A DNA stretch of 64,000 nt from the human T2T-CHM13v2.0 reference genome, Homo sapiens, in NCBI RefSeq assembly GCF_009914755.1, contig NC_060926.1; one strand, written 5' to 3'. Below, in pieces: positions 1 through 14,500 of this stretch (the first letter of the stretch is position 1; each line of letters begins with the position of its first letter). The position numbers and the translations under genes were made by a program. The notes under the pieces were generated by a model, which had not been told where the DNA came from, did no database searches, and saw nothing but the letters and a program-made list of their open reading frames with translations.

Positions 1-29
1 CCACTCACCTACACTCAGCCTTCTTTACT

Positions 30-1360
30 TCCAGAATTACCAGATACCTGAGGGAAGCTTTTAATGTGACAGATAACAAAACCAAGAAACAGAAAAAAAC
101 AACTTGAAAAAAACAGACTTTATAAAGATGAGAAAACTTAAAAGAAACTATAATTAATACTTTCAAATAATTAAGACATTGCATTCATGAAACAGGAATA
201 GGATGCTTATAAAAGAAACATTCAGAGAATGACCATCAATAACAATAGCATATATTAAAAGAACAATAAAAAGGTTAGAAGATAAAGTTGAGGACATTTC
301 CAAGAAAGTAGAAAACAATAAGAGATGCAAAGCAAGAAAGAAAAGATTTTTTAAAATAAAAGGATGAGTTCAGGAGATTCAACATCCAAATAATAACAGT
401 TGCAGAAGAAGAGAACAGAGAAATATGGAGTAAGGAAATAATCGATGATACTTTGTAAGAAACTTTCCAAGAACTGAAGAACATGGAGTTTCTGGATTGA
501 AATTACCCACTGAATCATGCAAGTTCTTAAACATTTACCTCTCCTACCCCCTTTTTCAAGAAACTACTGGAGGACGTGTTACACTAAAATGAGGGAATAA
601 ACCAAGAAAGAGGAAGACAATGGGTAGAGGAAACAAGAGATGGAACCCAGGAGAAAGGCAAAAGGAGCCTGGGATGATAGTGAAGATTAGGCTGTCAGCT
701 GTGTACCAAGCATAGAGGGCATTCAGTCCAGACTAAGGCAGGTTAGAAGATACCAGGAGAGATTTCCTCATAAGGTTGATAGAACACCCATTGTGAATGA
801 ATGTATTGAGAGGAGAAATTGACAACTGAAGTTTGAGGTTGCCTAAAAATCTTAGCAAATGAGGGGGGAAAAGACCTTTATAAACTCCAGAGAAAACAAA
901 AATGTGTGCATGAAAGAAAAAACAATCATAGTTTACTACATAGCTGTTTTATTTCCTAGTCATAATAAAATCAACTGGGGAGTGATCTTACCAAAATTTT
1001 AACATTATAACTATTATTGTAATATTAAAATATAATATTAAGCAGATGGCGTGGGGTGGATAAGGGGCACACATATGTGATGTGGGAAGAGGAATAGAGA
1101 TAAAAGCAAAAAATGCTAATTTTGCACAGTGAGGGGTCAGTAGATTTTGCTTGAAACTGAAAAATCAAGAAGCAACAATACAAACTTATTATGTAGAAAT
1201 ATAAACACAATTACCAGAAGAGTTAGCTAAAAGAGTTGAAAGTAATAGTTTCTGGGGAAGCAGAAATACTGGGGAAAGGGGCTTGGTGCTACTGTTTGTC
1301 TTAGCCATTCTAATAGATCCCAATGGCTCTTTAAACTATGTGTCTCTATAACTAATTTGA
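30..1360 (+). mobile_element. Ancient HAL1 / L1M ORF1-like LINE remnant
   Basis: A-rich decayed ORF1-like sequence; ctactggaggacgtgttacactaaaatgagggaataaaccaagaaagaggaagac resembles HAL1 as I recall it. Confidence 0.6.
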
Positions 1361-1708
1361 AAAGAAAATCTTTTTGAAAGGCCATTTTATTCCCACAAAT
1401 AAGAATGAGAAAACTTTAAAAAGTAGCAGCTTTATTGAGATATAATTCACATACCATACAATTCATCCAGTGGTAGTTAGTGTATTCACACACTTGTGCA
1501 ACTGTCACCACAATTTTAGAATATTTTGTCACCTCCAAAAGAAACCTTATACTCATTGGCAGTCATGCTCCATTTACACCTAACCATTGTTGCCCTGGGC
1601 AGTTACCATGCCACACTCCATCTTTATGAATATACCTATTCTGGATATTTCATATAAATAAAAACATACAACATGTGGTCCTTTGTAACTGGTTTCTTTC
1701 ACTCAGTA

Positions 1709-4253
1709 CAGGCATACCTTGGAGATATTGAGGGTTTGGTTCCAGACCACTGCAATTAAGTGAATATCACAATAAAGTAAGTCACACAAATTCTTTGCTT
1801 TCCTGGTGCATATAAAAGTTTGCACTATACTGTAGCTTAAGTGTGCAATAGCATTATGTCTAAAAAGATGCACATACCTTACTAAAAATACTTTATTGCT
1901 AAAAAATACTAATGATTATCTGAGCTTTCTGTGAGTTGTCATCTTTTTGCTGGCAGAGGGTCTTGCCTTGATGATGGCTGCTAACTGATGGTTAGCAGGG
2001 TGATGGTTGCTGAAAGTTAGGGTGGCTGTGGCAATTTCTTAAAATAAGACAATGCAGTTTGCCACATTGGTTGACTCTTCCTTTCAGGAAAGATTTCGCT
2101 GTAGCATGCGATGCTATTTGACAGCATTTTACCCACAGTAGAACTTCTTTCGAAATTGGAGTCAATCCTCTCAAACCCTGCCACTGCTTTATCAACTCAG
2201 TTTATGTAATATTCTAAATCCTTTGTTGTAATTTCGACAGTGTTCACAGCATCTTCACCAGGAATTGATTCCATCTTAAGAAACTACCTTCTTTACCCGT
2301 GCGTAAGAAGGAACTCCTCATCCTTTCAGGTTTGATCATGAGATTGCAGCAATTCAGTCACGTCTTCAGGCTCCATTTCTCATTCTAGTTCTCTTGCTAT
2401 TTCCACCTCTCAAAATCATCCACGAATGTTGAAATCAATTCTTCCAACTCCTGTTAACACTGATATTTTGACCTCCTCCCATGACTCACAAATGTTCTTA
2501 ATGGCATCTAGAATAGTGAGTCCTTTCCAGAAGATTTTCAACTGACTTTGCTCAGATGCATCAGAAGAATCACTGTATTTGGCAGCTATATCCTTATGAA
2601 ATGTATTTCTGAAATAATAAGATTTGAAAGTCAAAATGACTCCTTGATCCATGGACTACAGAATGGATGCTGTGTTAGCAGGCATGGAAACAACATTAAT
2701 CTCCTTGCATATCTCCATCAGTGCCCTTTGGTGACCAGGTGCATTGTCAATGAGCAGTATATAATATTTTGAAGGGAAGTGCTTTTTTCGGAGCAGTAGG
2801 TCTTAGCAGTGAGCTTAAAATATTCAGTAAACCATGCTATAAACAGATGTACTATCATCCAGGCTTTACTGTTCCATTTATAGAGCATAAGCAGAGTAGA
2901 TTTTGCATAATTCCTTTTCTCTTATTTTTTTTTTAAGAGACAGGGTTTCACTATGTTGTCCAGGGTGGAGTGCAGTGGCTATTCACATATTCAATCCTAG
3001 CCCACTACAGCCTCCAGCTCCTGGGCTTACTCAAGCAATCCTCCTTCCTCGCCCTCCTGAGTAGCCCGATAGGCACCTGCCACTGAGCCAGGCTAGACTT
3101 AGCATAATTCTTAAAGGCGCTATGATTTTTAGAATGGTGCAGAGCATTGGCATCAACTTAGTCACCAGCCGCACTAGCCCCTAACAAGAGACTCAGCCTG
3201 TCCTTTGGATCTTTGAAGCCAGGCAGTGAATTCTCTCTAGCTACCAAAGTCCTAGATGGCATCTGCTTCCAATGGAAGGCTTCCAATGTTTGTCTGCATT
3301 GAAAATCTGTTGGTTAGTGTAGTCATCTTCATCAGTGATCTTAGCTACATCTTCTGGATAACTTGCTACAGCTCCTACATCAGCACTTACTGCTTTGCCT
3401 TGCACTTTTGTGTTACAGAAATGGCTTCTTTATTTAAACATCTTGAACTAACCTCCACTAGCTTCAAACTTTTCTTCTGCAGATTCCTCACCTTCAGCCT
3501 TCATAGAATTGAAGAGTTAGGGCCTTGCTCTGGATTGGGCTTTGGCTTAAGAGAACGTTGTGGCTGGTTTGATCTATCCAGACCACTAAAACTTTCTCCA
3601 TATCAGCAATAAGGCTGTTTTGTCTTCTTATCATTCGTGTGTTCACTGGAGTAACACTTTTAAGTTCCTTCAAGAACTTTTCTTTTACATTCACAACTTG
3701 TCTGTTTAGTGCAAGAGGCCTAGCTTTCAGCCTATCTCAGCTTTCAACATGCCTTCTCCATAAGTGGAATCATTTCTAGCTTTTGATTTAAAGTGAGAGA
3801 CATGCAACTATTCCTTTCACTTGAACACTTAGAGACCATTTGTTAAGTTTATTAATTAGCCTAATAATAGGGAGGCCTGGGGAGAGGGAGAGAGATGGGG
3901 GAATGCCGACTGGTGGAGAAGTCAGAACACACACAAGATTTATTGATTAAGTTTGCTAGCTATCTTATATGGACGCAATTCATGCCGCCCCAAAACAATT
4001 ACCATAGTAACATCAAAGGTCATTGATCACAGATCACCATATCAGATATAATAATAATGAAAAATTTTGAAATATTGTGAGAATGACCAAAATCTGTCAC
4101 AGAGACACTAGTTGAGCACATGCTGTTGGAAAAATGGCACCAATGGACTTGCTCGGTGCAGGGTTGCCACAAACCTTCAATTTGTAAAACTGTAGATATG
4201 CAGCATCTACAAAGCACAATAAAGAAAGCTGCAATAAAATGGAGTATTGCCTG
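1709..4253 (-). mobile_element. Near full-length Tigger1 (TcMar-pogo DNA transposon), decayed transposase
   Basis: Ends caggcatacc... and ...gtattgcctg; TA TSDs at 1707-1708 and 4254-4255; ORF 2416-2652 [13 protein letters not shown] (DDE) and ORF 3494-3694 CENP-B-type HTH. Confidence 0.93.
2914..3093 (-). mobile_element. FAM (fossil Alu monomer) inserted in Tigger1
   Basis: 7SL-like gtgcagtggctattcac; TSD agattttgcataattc (2898-2913) / agacttagcataattc (3095-3110). Confidence 0.8.
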
Positions 4254-4711
4254 TATAACGTTTTCAAGTCCCATCTATGTTGTAGCATGTATCAGTTCTT
4301 CTTTTATTGTCAAATAATAATCCATTGTATGGACGTACCACATTTTATTTATCCGTTAGTCAGTTGATGGACATTGGGGTTGTTTCCACTTTTGGGCTAC
4401 TAAGAACAATGCTGCTATGAGCATTCGTGTACAAGTTTTTGTTGGACATATTTTGATTTATCTTGGGTAGCAGTGGAATTGCTGGGTCATATTATAATCT
4501 ACATTTAACCTTTTAAGGAACTGCTACACAATTTTCCAAAGTGGCTACATGATTTTACATTCCCACCAGCAGTGCATCAGGGTTCCAATTTCTCCACATC
4601 CTCACCAGCCCAACATTCGTTATAACCTGACTATTTGATTGTAGCCATCCTAGTGGGTGTGAAGTGGTATCTCATTTAGGTTTTGATTTTCACTGAGATA
4701 ACTTTTAAAAA

Positions 4712-5320
4712 CTTAGATTAGCAAAAATTAGTTATGTTGAAAAAATCCTATCTGGGCAAGGCTTTGAGGAAACAAACACTCTGATTAGGAGTGTAACTTG
4801 GTGCACATTTTATGGAGGTCAGTTTGATATATTTAAATGCAAAATATATGTAACCTCTGACCAGATATCCCATTTCCTAGTATTTGACCTAAGGAGAAAA
4901 CCATAGGTTGGGAAAAGATGGGTTGTCATATTGTACTACTGTTGATGTTAATGGCAAAAACCACAATTACTTTTGCATCAACACAATAATCTCATCATAT
5001 CAACAACTTTGAAACTAACTTAAATGTCTGTCAAGAGGAAACTGGTTAAATGAATTCTGATTCACACATAGAATGTCTAAGCAATCATTATAAATAATGA
5101 TGCAGGTAAAGTACATTTTTATTTTCTAGTAAAGCTATCTACCACATATTGAATGAGGGAAAATCAGGTTATTGAATATCTTCATGAAAAGATCCCATTG
5201 GTGTAAAATATCTGTTTGCCTAGAAAGATCTTTTGAGATGACGTCCAAAATGTTAACAGTGATTATATCCTAGTGGTCACATTTTACGTGATTTTTTTTT
5301 TTACTTTGTTCTTTGTATGT
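4712..5320 (+). mobile_element. Old L1ME-type 3' fragment
   Basis: Degenerate L1 3' motifs (cccatttcctagtatttgacctaaggag; aaatgtctgtcaagaggaaactggttaaatgaa). Confidence 0.55.
4937..4988. mobile_element. Internally deleted MADE1 (Hsmar1 MITE)
   Basis: Right arm ttaatggcaaaaaccacaattacttttgcatcaacac; only a stub (tgttgatg) of the left arm. Confidence 0.75.
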
Positions 5321-5769
5321 AATTTTGTTAAAAATCAGCCTCTATAATTTTTTGAGACAATTATAAAACTATTACAAAGTACTGCATTTTAGAAGTCGCA
5401 TTTTTGTACTTAATCAAGGCTTAAATTTTAGTTAGATACTCTTTGTCTATCATTTTTTTAAAACCTCAAGCTAAAGGCATAAAGAAATTCATTATAGTGG
5501 TGATTATGTTCACTTGGTGTAGAGCATTGTCTTATGCTCTTCCTTCAGAGACTTTTATTTATACTTTGGTCTTAATAGAGTTATTTTTATGTGGAGATAT
5601 GACCGGTATTAGGATTTGCAGTAACAGGTCAAAATGGTTTTCCATTTTTCTGGTTATTGGGATACGAATTTTGGATTCACATATTCTCTCTTCCACTCTT
5701 CCATCCCTCTTTGCTGGAGAATAACATTAACAATGCTTTCTTTTTCTTTGATCTTATTATGTGTTAGGA

Positions 5770-5990
5770 ACCATTCTAAACATAGGCATGTATTTTACTC
5801 ATCTCTCAGGCCAGTCCTGTGAGGTTGACAATACTGCAATGATATTTTACAAATGAGGAGCATGAGGGATAGGCAGGTTAAGTAACCTGTCCAAGGTCAC
5901 TCCACAGGGGAATGGCAGAGCTGGCACTGGAGCCCAATAAGTCTGGTTCCAAAATATCTGTGATCTTAACTGCCACATTCCACTGCCTCT
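5770..5990 (-). mobile_element. MIR
   Basis: ttttacaaatgagg...ggttaagtaacctgtccaaggtcac. Confidence 0.75.
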
Positions 5991-6820
5991 CTTACTTTCC
6001 TCCTAAATATGACTCCAAACACTTCTTGCTGGTTTTCCTTGTTTCTCCCTCAAGCTGTCATTCCTACCAGAAATGCCAGAGAGGCTGAGGTAGTGTGTAC
6101 ACCTGACTGGGCTTCCCTGCAACAAATGCTCTATGGAGACACCTCTTTGCTGTTTATATATTTACCCCCTGAATCTCTTAGGAGTTTACTTAACATTTCT
6201 TTAACACCCTCTTCTCTGAAATGTTTGGATTTCTTAGTCCTCAAAGTTGGAGGTTCATCTAGGGGAAAAAAATTAAGCCTTTTGTAGATGTTTCAACCTT
6301 GCATTAAGACCATCAGCAGAGTGCTTGGTGTTGAGTCAGAGAACATTTGCCACCCGTTCCCAGGACTGCATGGTGCTCTCAGCCTTAGGAAGTGCAAGAT
6401 GCCTGGTGCTCTGACTGATCTTTGAGTTTGATTAATTGGGGGAAAACATAATTTTTATAAGGTTATAGTTTATTCTAATTATAAGGGTAGTATATGCTTA
6501 TTGTAAAAATTTTGGAAAATACAAAAAAGCATAAAGAAAAAAATTAAAAACACTTATAATCCTACCATCCTGTGATAACAACTAGAAACTACAATTTCCA
6601 AGCATGTTTGTCTTCTCTTTAAGCAATTCATATCCATTCATGAAGACTAAGTATTTGAAATCAGTGATTTATGGATGACAATTTTAGAAAATGTCCATCC
6701 ATGCAATTTAGCAGGTAGAATTATTGTTAAATTTAAAGATGTACCAAAGTTGGTGAAATTAAAATTTCTTAATCTTACACAGCAGTTTGATTTTATTTAA
6801 CTGAAGAAAGACATAATTGT

Positions 6821-7135
<315 letters not shown>

Positions 7136-7606
7136 TTAAAAATATTAGCATGGAATCAAACAAAAAAGTGTAGTGACGTCAGTGGTTTTGTTTGCTCCTG
7201 TGTGTGATCGTCCCATTTATTTTTGCCTAATATGGGCTGCATATATAAGCAAGTCTTCAACTGATACTAATTAATTTTATGTGCACAAGATGAAGATCTA
7301 TGTGAAGTACCATCAAAATTTAACTTGATATTTGTGATTTTGGTTGTTACTGTTTTGGCTATCTTGTGATCAAAATTTAGTATAATTTATTTAGGATATT
7401 TTTCTATTATCCTTGGGAAAGAGTTATAAATCTCACCACTATAAAAATAACAACAATAAAAGACACCCGTGACATGACATATTATAAGTAATAACAATGT
7501 TGTTTGATTGAAGTTGAAATAGCTTGTACTGAACATTATTTTTAAAAGCCGTTTCTTAAAAGAATGACTTCTATAATCAAAAGGTTTATCCTCTTGTGTT
7601 TTCTAG

Positions 7607-7667
7607 GCATCTGGCCATCTGAAGAGGTTTTGGCTTACTACTGCCTCAAGCACAATAATATATTCAG
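7607..7667 (+). CDS. CAMKMT: CAMKMT internal coding exon (61 nt, phase 1->2): (C)[19 protein letters not shown](R)
   Basis: Acceptor ctcttgtgttttctag|GC, donor AG|gtacag; frame joins the next exon; WPS..L motif typical of METTL21/MTF16-family methyltransferases. Confidence 0.95.
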
Positions 7668-9542
7668 GTACAGAGCTGCACTTAAGATATTTTTTAGCCC
7701 ATCACGGATATTGAATCAACATATTAAAAATTGCCATGATTATATTCTTCAAATTAAATTGTTAGAAAAAAATATAAGAAAAGAAAAACAGGAAGAAAAG
7801 GAAAACAGAAAGAGGGGAAAAAGTTCACAGTGAACACATGTTGCTTCTCAAGTGAAATCTGAATTGCCTTGGGTACTAATATTGCACAGCAAGGTTTTTG
7901 CTATATGTCAAAGGCTTTTGATTTCCACTCAAGGCATTTTATTTCACTTTGATTTGGGGGAAACAAAAGTGAAGCTCCAATCAATCCTTACTGATTGTGA
8001 AGGTCAAAAAAAAAAAAAAAAAAACCAATAAAGACATTCTTTAAACTTCTGCTGGGGAAGTCACTACAGAATGTCTGATAGATAAATACCTCACAGCTAT
8101 TATTTAATGATGCCATCCCACCCCTGGTTTTAAAGGTAGTTTTATATATCTAACAATATGTATTTGTGAACTATAAATTACCATTACGGATTCATGCTAC
8201 GGAAATAAGTGTTTTCAACTGTTAGTGTGCATTACAGATCGAACCCATGGATGGAATTTAGGAAAAAAAAAAAAAACTTTATTTGAAAATTCTAAAGATG
8301 TTTGGTAGACCCAGAAAATATAGGTTTTTCATTTTAATTCTCATTTTATAAAAGTCATTCAATATATACTTCCTGAATAGCTCATTATGATAGCAGATAA
8401 GCCGCTAGTGATCATAGCGTGTGTTTTAACCGTATGTACTTACAAGATTGGGTCAATAATATGTATTTTTTTAAGCTCTATGGGTCCATATTTACCAACC
8501 AGTCTACAATTGCTTTAAACAACCAAACACTCATTAAGTGTGTTTTGAAATATTAATGTCCTTGCTTGGCTTCTTCTCCTCCCTTTCCCCCTCTTCCCAC
8601 CTCTCCCTCTCTTTTAATTTTGCTTTTTTTCTCCTCTTGAGGTAATAAACTTCCCAAACTGGGAAGAGGAAACAATCCTAAGAGTCTAAGCATATAAATA
8701 AGAACAGGGCAATTTTGAATGTGGGCTGCAGAGCTGCCCTGGAAGTCTGGCATTTGTTCATCTCGCTGTGCTTAAGCTTGACTGGAGCTCCAATCAGCGA
8801 GCAGTGGGCCAGGGCGAGAATGTCACACGTTAAGGGCTGATATTTAGGCACAAAGGGGAAGGTAAGTGCAGAGTGCCACCCTAGACTGTCAGCTTTAACT
8901 CTGAGCCGCTTTACTTTTGAGCTGTGAAGTCAGAGCCCAGTCATTACTTTAGCCTGGGTTTGCTGGCTTAACCATATTATGTCCCTGCATTGTTTATTCA
9001 CTGTGTTGTGTTGGGGTCAATTGTGATTTAAGTGTTAACTGCTAAATGCTCTTTGTGTAATTGTTCTTTATGGGGACTGTTCAGCTTTCCAAAATGTTTC
9101 AGTTTGTTTAAGAATTTTTTTTTAAAATTCAGGATTGCATCTATTTATTTTGTGTGTGTTGTTTGTATGTAACTATAATATAGGTATATACACACTCATA
9201 TATATTCTTCATTTACTTGTCTAACTGTTTTTGAAGGAATGAATGTGGATTAACAGTGTTATCCTTTCCTAACACTTCTCTTTCGCTACTCTAGCTAGTT
9301 TAGTTCTAAAAGACAGCGCCATTGACAAGGGAAAAAAAGGGAACCTTCTCAGATTTTTCAGCTCAGCGGTGGTAATGTTGCAGTGAACACTAATGAGGGA
9401 ACCCCCACTGATTTGCCTGCTTTGTGACTTTTCTATTTCATAATTATTTTTAAAACGCAAAACGACATGAGGTAGCCTAGTCATGTCTCTACAACTTCCT
9501 GGTAGCGCCGTTCTTACTGCAGATGGCAATTTGTTCTTGTAA

Positions 9543-9806
<264 letters not shown>

Positions 9807-10722
9807 TGACTTACTTTCGGATCATATTGATTTTATGGTTGCCTCGATGAGCAGAAACATTTTACCTCAGTGTAGTCAATATTGCTTGTTGTGACATTCC
9901 AGGCCTCGCACAGTCTTTCTTTGCCATAGCGAAAGCATTTTTTTTTTTTTTTTCAGATTATAGTCCCATTTGCTAAGATACAGGAATAGCCCGGCGAATC
10001 ACAGTTGGAGCACCATGATATAGCTGCTAATGTTTTGCCTGCATTATTACACCAACAAACATGATCCAGAGCGCTCAGTAATTAGATTCTTTTGAATTAG
10101 ATTGGCCATTCAGGAACGTCGTTCCCCATTCTCTGGGTTCTGAGTCATGTATTCAGGAGATATTATGTAGCAGCACAGTGCATTAGACAAGTTTTTATGT
10201 CTCTACAAATAAAAGCATATTGTTACACTGATTGGCATTTGACAAACCTGTCGCTCTTATACAATGTGTCGAGGTTACAGCCCAATGTGCGAGCATGTCA
10301 AAGCTCACAAAAAAATTACCCTCACAAAGCCATCTGCCTGCAATGCAAAGTTATATGAAGGGCATCAGGCAGTCAGACAGAAGCAAGCTGAAAGGCAGAG
10401 TGACAGCCTTGTATGATGGCTCTACTAGATAAACAGAAGCCCACAAATGAAAGCCTCTCAGAATACCATCATCCGCTGTCACAATGCAATTACCGAACAG
10501 AATGATAGCAAGATAGAGGCTCCCGCAAATGGAATGATAAAAGTATTGACTGATTTGATTGAATGATTAAAATAATGCAGACATAAAATGAAAAAAGATT
10601 GAAGATTGTTACAGAGAAATAGGTGAGGAAGCATGATACTGAAGGCTTGTCACTCCTGTCTTCACTTCCACACAGACAAGCATATTTGCTCATTGTTTGC
10701 TGTGCTCCCTTTTTTTTTTCAG

Positions 10723-10786
10723 GTTGCTATTTCTGCAGATGTCAAAGAAGTTCTGTTAACTGATGGGAATGAAAAGGCCATCAGAA
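10723..10786 (+). CDS. CAMKMT: CAMKMT coding exon (64 nt, phase 0->1): VAISADVKEVLLTDGNEKAIR, post-I motif; ends at a U12-type donor
   Basis: Acceptor T10-cag|GTT; VLLTD post-I; donor A|GTATCCTTA; the split codon A+AT=Asn keeps frame with the next exon. Confidence 0.95.
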
Positions 10787-11532
10787 GTATCCTTATTCAG
10801 ATAGAAAACGGGTTTGTTGTGCTCATTCCTTTTTCCTGGCTGAGTAACAATTGATATAAAGAAAGACAGCATGGGGTATTAAAAGAGAGTTTCCCCCCTA
10901 CATACATGATAAGTAATTAAGAAAAAGTAGAAATATATGAATTCCTTGCATACAACTCCGTAGGTTTTTTTCTTTCCATAGATTTTTATAGACATCTCTC
11001 ATGAAAGGAGCCTATTTTTGTGGACCTCCCGAGGCAATAAGAAAATTTGTTTCATAATAATTTTCAAGCATTCTTGTTCTTTTATTTCCATTGGAATTTG
11101 CCAGTGTAAAACAAATTATTTGGTATTTATTGTATTTGGATATTGCTGGCAAATATTAACTTCCAGCTTCATGTTTGTTATTACATTTATACACTTGATA
11201 TTGTATGTACTGTATAATATTGTGCCTGGTCTAATTGCTGAGGGTACCTATATCCCCCACTGGAACAGCTGTCAGTTCTTCATTATTTCCTTTTATTTAG
11301 GATTTTATTTAGGATTATACAAGCTATCTCTATTTTTCTGCTATGCTATTGCAGTTCAAACTCCATTAGATTATGCTTTACTAATATGTACACAGAGTTC
11401 ATGAAAATTGAACTGTACTTTAACTAAGAAAGCAAGCATAAATGTAGCTACTTTAGCAGTCGAGCTGATTTGTTCAGGGGCAGTTAACAGCTGTTAGAAA
11501 CTGAGAGGAAAAGTGGCAGATATGTTTGCTTT

Positions 11533-11567
<35 letters not shown>

Positions 11568-14500
11568 GTGTGCCTTACATTTACATTATGAGGGAGACAA
11601 TCTACTTATTTGAATTTTAAGCTCCTAAACTGCCAAAGCAGTTTTGATTTCTGTGGCATCTTACATACAATCTATTTCTGATTTTCTTTTTCGACTTCTG
11701 CCATATGATTTTTTCAAAATATGCAGCAGCTTCATCAAGCTGCTCAAACAGGAGAAAGGAGGAACGAGAAGCACAGTAGCTAATATTGTTCAGTAACACT
11801 TGTATGCTCTACAGAGCCCCACCCAGCTAATTGCCTGACAGACTTAAAAAAAATTCAGGAAGGAAAAACAGCCAATCACAATCTTGGCCTTTCACACAAG
11901 GGAAGGAGATCACAAAAGGTGCTTCCTTTTTTTAAATGCAGGATTTTAATCACGTTCTTGAGACTGTCTCAAGTTTTTCAAAATATTCCTGAAGATGAGC
12001 AGATGTTTTTTCATTCACTCTGCTTTATTCTGAGTTATTTCGTGCATGTATCCATGTATCATTTCACTGTGCTCCTCCTCCTTATGTCAGGGAATACAGA
12101 GCAAGAGGAAGCTCAGGTATGCCAGCTCAGCCCCAGAGAATTTTTAGAGGGTGGGGGGAGCAGGATTATTGGACAAGAGAAGATTATTTTAGCCACAGAA
12201 ACTTTCAGCTTGGGCCCGGTAACCTAAGGTTTTTTTCAAGTCAGCAGGTGTCTTATTTAATAGCGTCAGAAACCAATTAGAACTTTTATCAAACTATGGG
12301 AAACATCTGTAGTCAGTATGTAAGTCTAATTGTTCTAAAATTATTATTGAGCTAAACTACAGAGCTTCCAAAGAAGGGAAGCAATGCTAATGTCATTAAT
12401 TAACACACCTTTGCTTTAAACAACAAAGATGCCATGCCAGCTTTTGAAATCAGAGAGGAAATCTCAGATTCTGTATTCATTCTGCCGGCCTTTCAAAGAA
12501 ATGATTGGTACAGCCCCCTCCCAAGAAAATGGATTTTTAACATTTGGTCCTCAGAAGCTCAGCCCTGAGAGTGCTTTATTGTGCTGGGTTTTACAATGGG
12601 TTTAATATAGCGGGGTGCCAAAGGGCAGGAGGGGAAGAACTTTACAAAGTAGATAAAGTAGGTCTTTTCAGGATGCAGACCAAAACTGGTAGTGTGTTTT
12701 ATTTCATCTCTTAGGACTTTCCTGATGGAGTTCCGTTTTTACCATGCAGTTGTTCTGTGTTTGTATGCCTTTTTCTGTTGTAACCAGATCTAATTTTTTT
12801 TAATTAAGAGAAAAAGCATGCATAAAGCCTTAAAATTGGCAATGTGTTTTTCCTGCTTTTAATACTAATGTTATTCTTGATTTGCTAACAGAGCTTACAA
12901 TTGGCATTCGTTGTCATCTGTTTTACTGACTGAGGTTAATATGAATGATTTTTTTTTCTATTTGCATGCCCACTTTCTGTAAGAATAACTAATTCACTGA
13001 ATCACATACTATTGATGCATATAGATTGAAACAAACTTATTTAAAAATTACTGTTTACATCTTTCCTTTAAAATTTTAGGAAGTCTAAATTATATAGCAG
13101 TTGTAGGATATTATTCAAAAATTACTTTCTAAGAAGTAAAAGTGGATGTCAACAAAAAAAGGGGGAGAAACATTGCCAGAAGCCAGAAAATCTGTTAGTA
13201 AAGCTGCTAATTATTCTTAATGGGCAAGATGAGCACATTAAGAAACAAATGAATACATCAGTGAAATGTAATTGAAAATTGGCCTGGCAATGGCATATCA
13301 CATCTGAGTATTGGCCTGTATATTATTCTTATCATTTTAAAAATTATTTTTTTTGTTCTTGGCTTCTGAATTTAATGAATCCAACTGAATCTTCTTAGTC
13401 TCTTAAGCTTCTAAGATTCTGATTTTTACCTTTTTTTAAAAAAAAAAACAGCATTTCCTGATATTTCCTTTTAATTTTATATTATTTCTATTTGTTTTAG
13501 TATGTGAGGCAATGAATGGATTGGTTCTGAATCTTTATATCACAGAAGCATGTCAACCAGTTTTGAGTTTATTTATTATCTCCCTAAAATGTATCAGATG
13601 GATTGCCTATGTCTTCTTGAGTTTTCCAACTTGACTCTGAAAAGCTAGATGTTGATCTGAGATTTATTAAACAGAGATGTCTGGAAAGATATTAAGACTT
13701 GAGGTAAAAATTTTTAAGTCACAAATATTTTCTTAGATTCATGGGTAGTTTTCCCTAAAGTCTCCTTGATCCTTAAACTGCATTGCTGGGTCTACGAACT
13801 CAAAGCCCCCACACCTGAGAGCTGCTCTTCCCTACAGATGCCATTTTATCTGTACCCCAAGAGAACAAAGGATAAATTAGAAATGGGATCATTTGGTTTG
13901 TCCAGTTCTCAAATTTATTCTAAAATAGTGTGAAACATGTTCCTTTTCTTTTTTTTTTGGCAATGCCCCTTTAGTGTCAAGAAAGAAATCTTCAACTGCC
14001 CACATATAATAATTACTCCATAAGGTTTGTAACTTGTGATAACAATGACCTAGGAATAGGAGAGAGACATGGTATACTGAGTTATTATTGATGCTAAGCC
14101 TCTTCTAAATTATAATGAATAAAAGTAGAACTCCTGAAGGTGAGCAACCCTCTCTGGCTACAATCACTAATGTGCCCAGCACAAGCACCCTGCCTTAGTA
14201 AACATCTAGCAGTTCTATGCAGAAAATTCCAATGTTTGGTGACCCATTTCTCTGTAAGCATCTTATCCCCAAAGTATGCACAGTGTGGATCATGATCTTG
14301 AACTTAGGATTCTCCAAAAATGGGTAAATCCCCTGTGCTTTTTAAAGGAGACACCCCTGGTTTAACATTATTTTTATTTAATACAATCCCTGACTTGAGT
14401 AACTAATAAGTGAAGCTTCGTGTGGGCTGTGCAGCCTGTACCATAGATGGTTAATAACACGGAAATCCCGGGCCATCTTCCTGTGTCCAGGCTTCTTCTT

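Larger units (their letters stand above)
1423..4694 (-). mobile_element. L1MB/L1MA-type 3' end, split by Tigger1 (pieces ~1423-1706 and ~4256-4694)
   Basis: cagctttattgagatataattcacatacc start; flanks rejoin across Tigger1 as ctttcactcagTAtaacgttttcaag; probable TSD gagaaaactttaaaaa / gagataacttttaaaaa. Confidence 0.8.

Noticed and set aside
1992-3694. Possible domesticated Tigger transposase (TIGD1-like)
   Set aside because: Split over several frames with stops and a FAM insertion.
7564-7833. ORF-track entries at 7564, 9579 and 10633 as standalone genes
   Set aside because: They are single CAMKMT exons extended into intron sequence.
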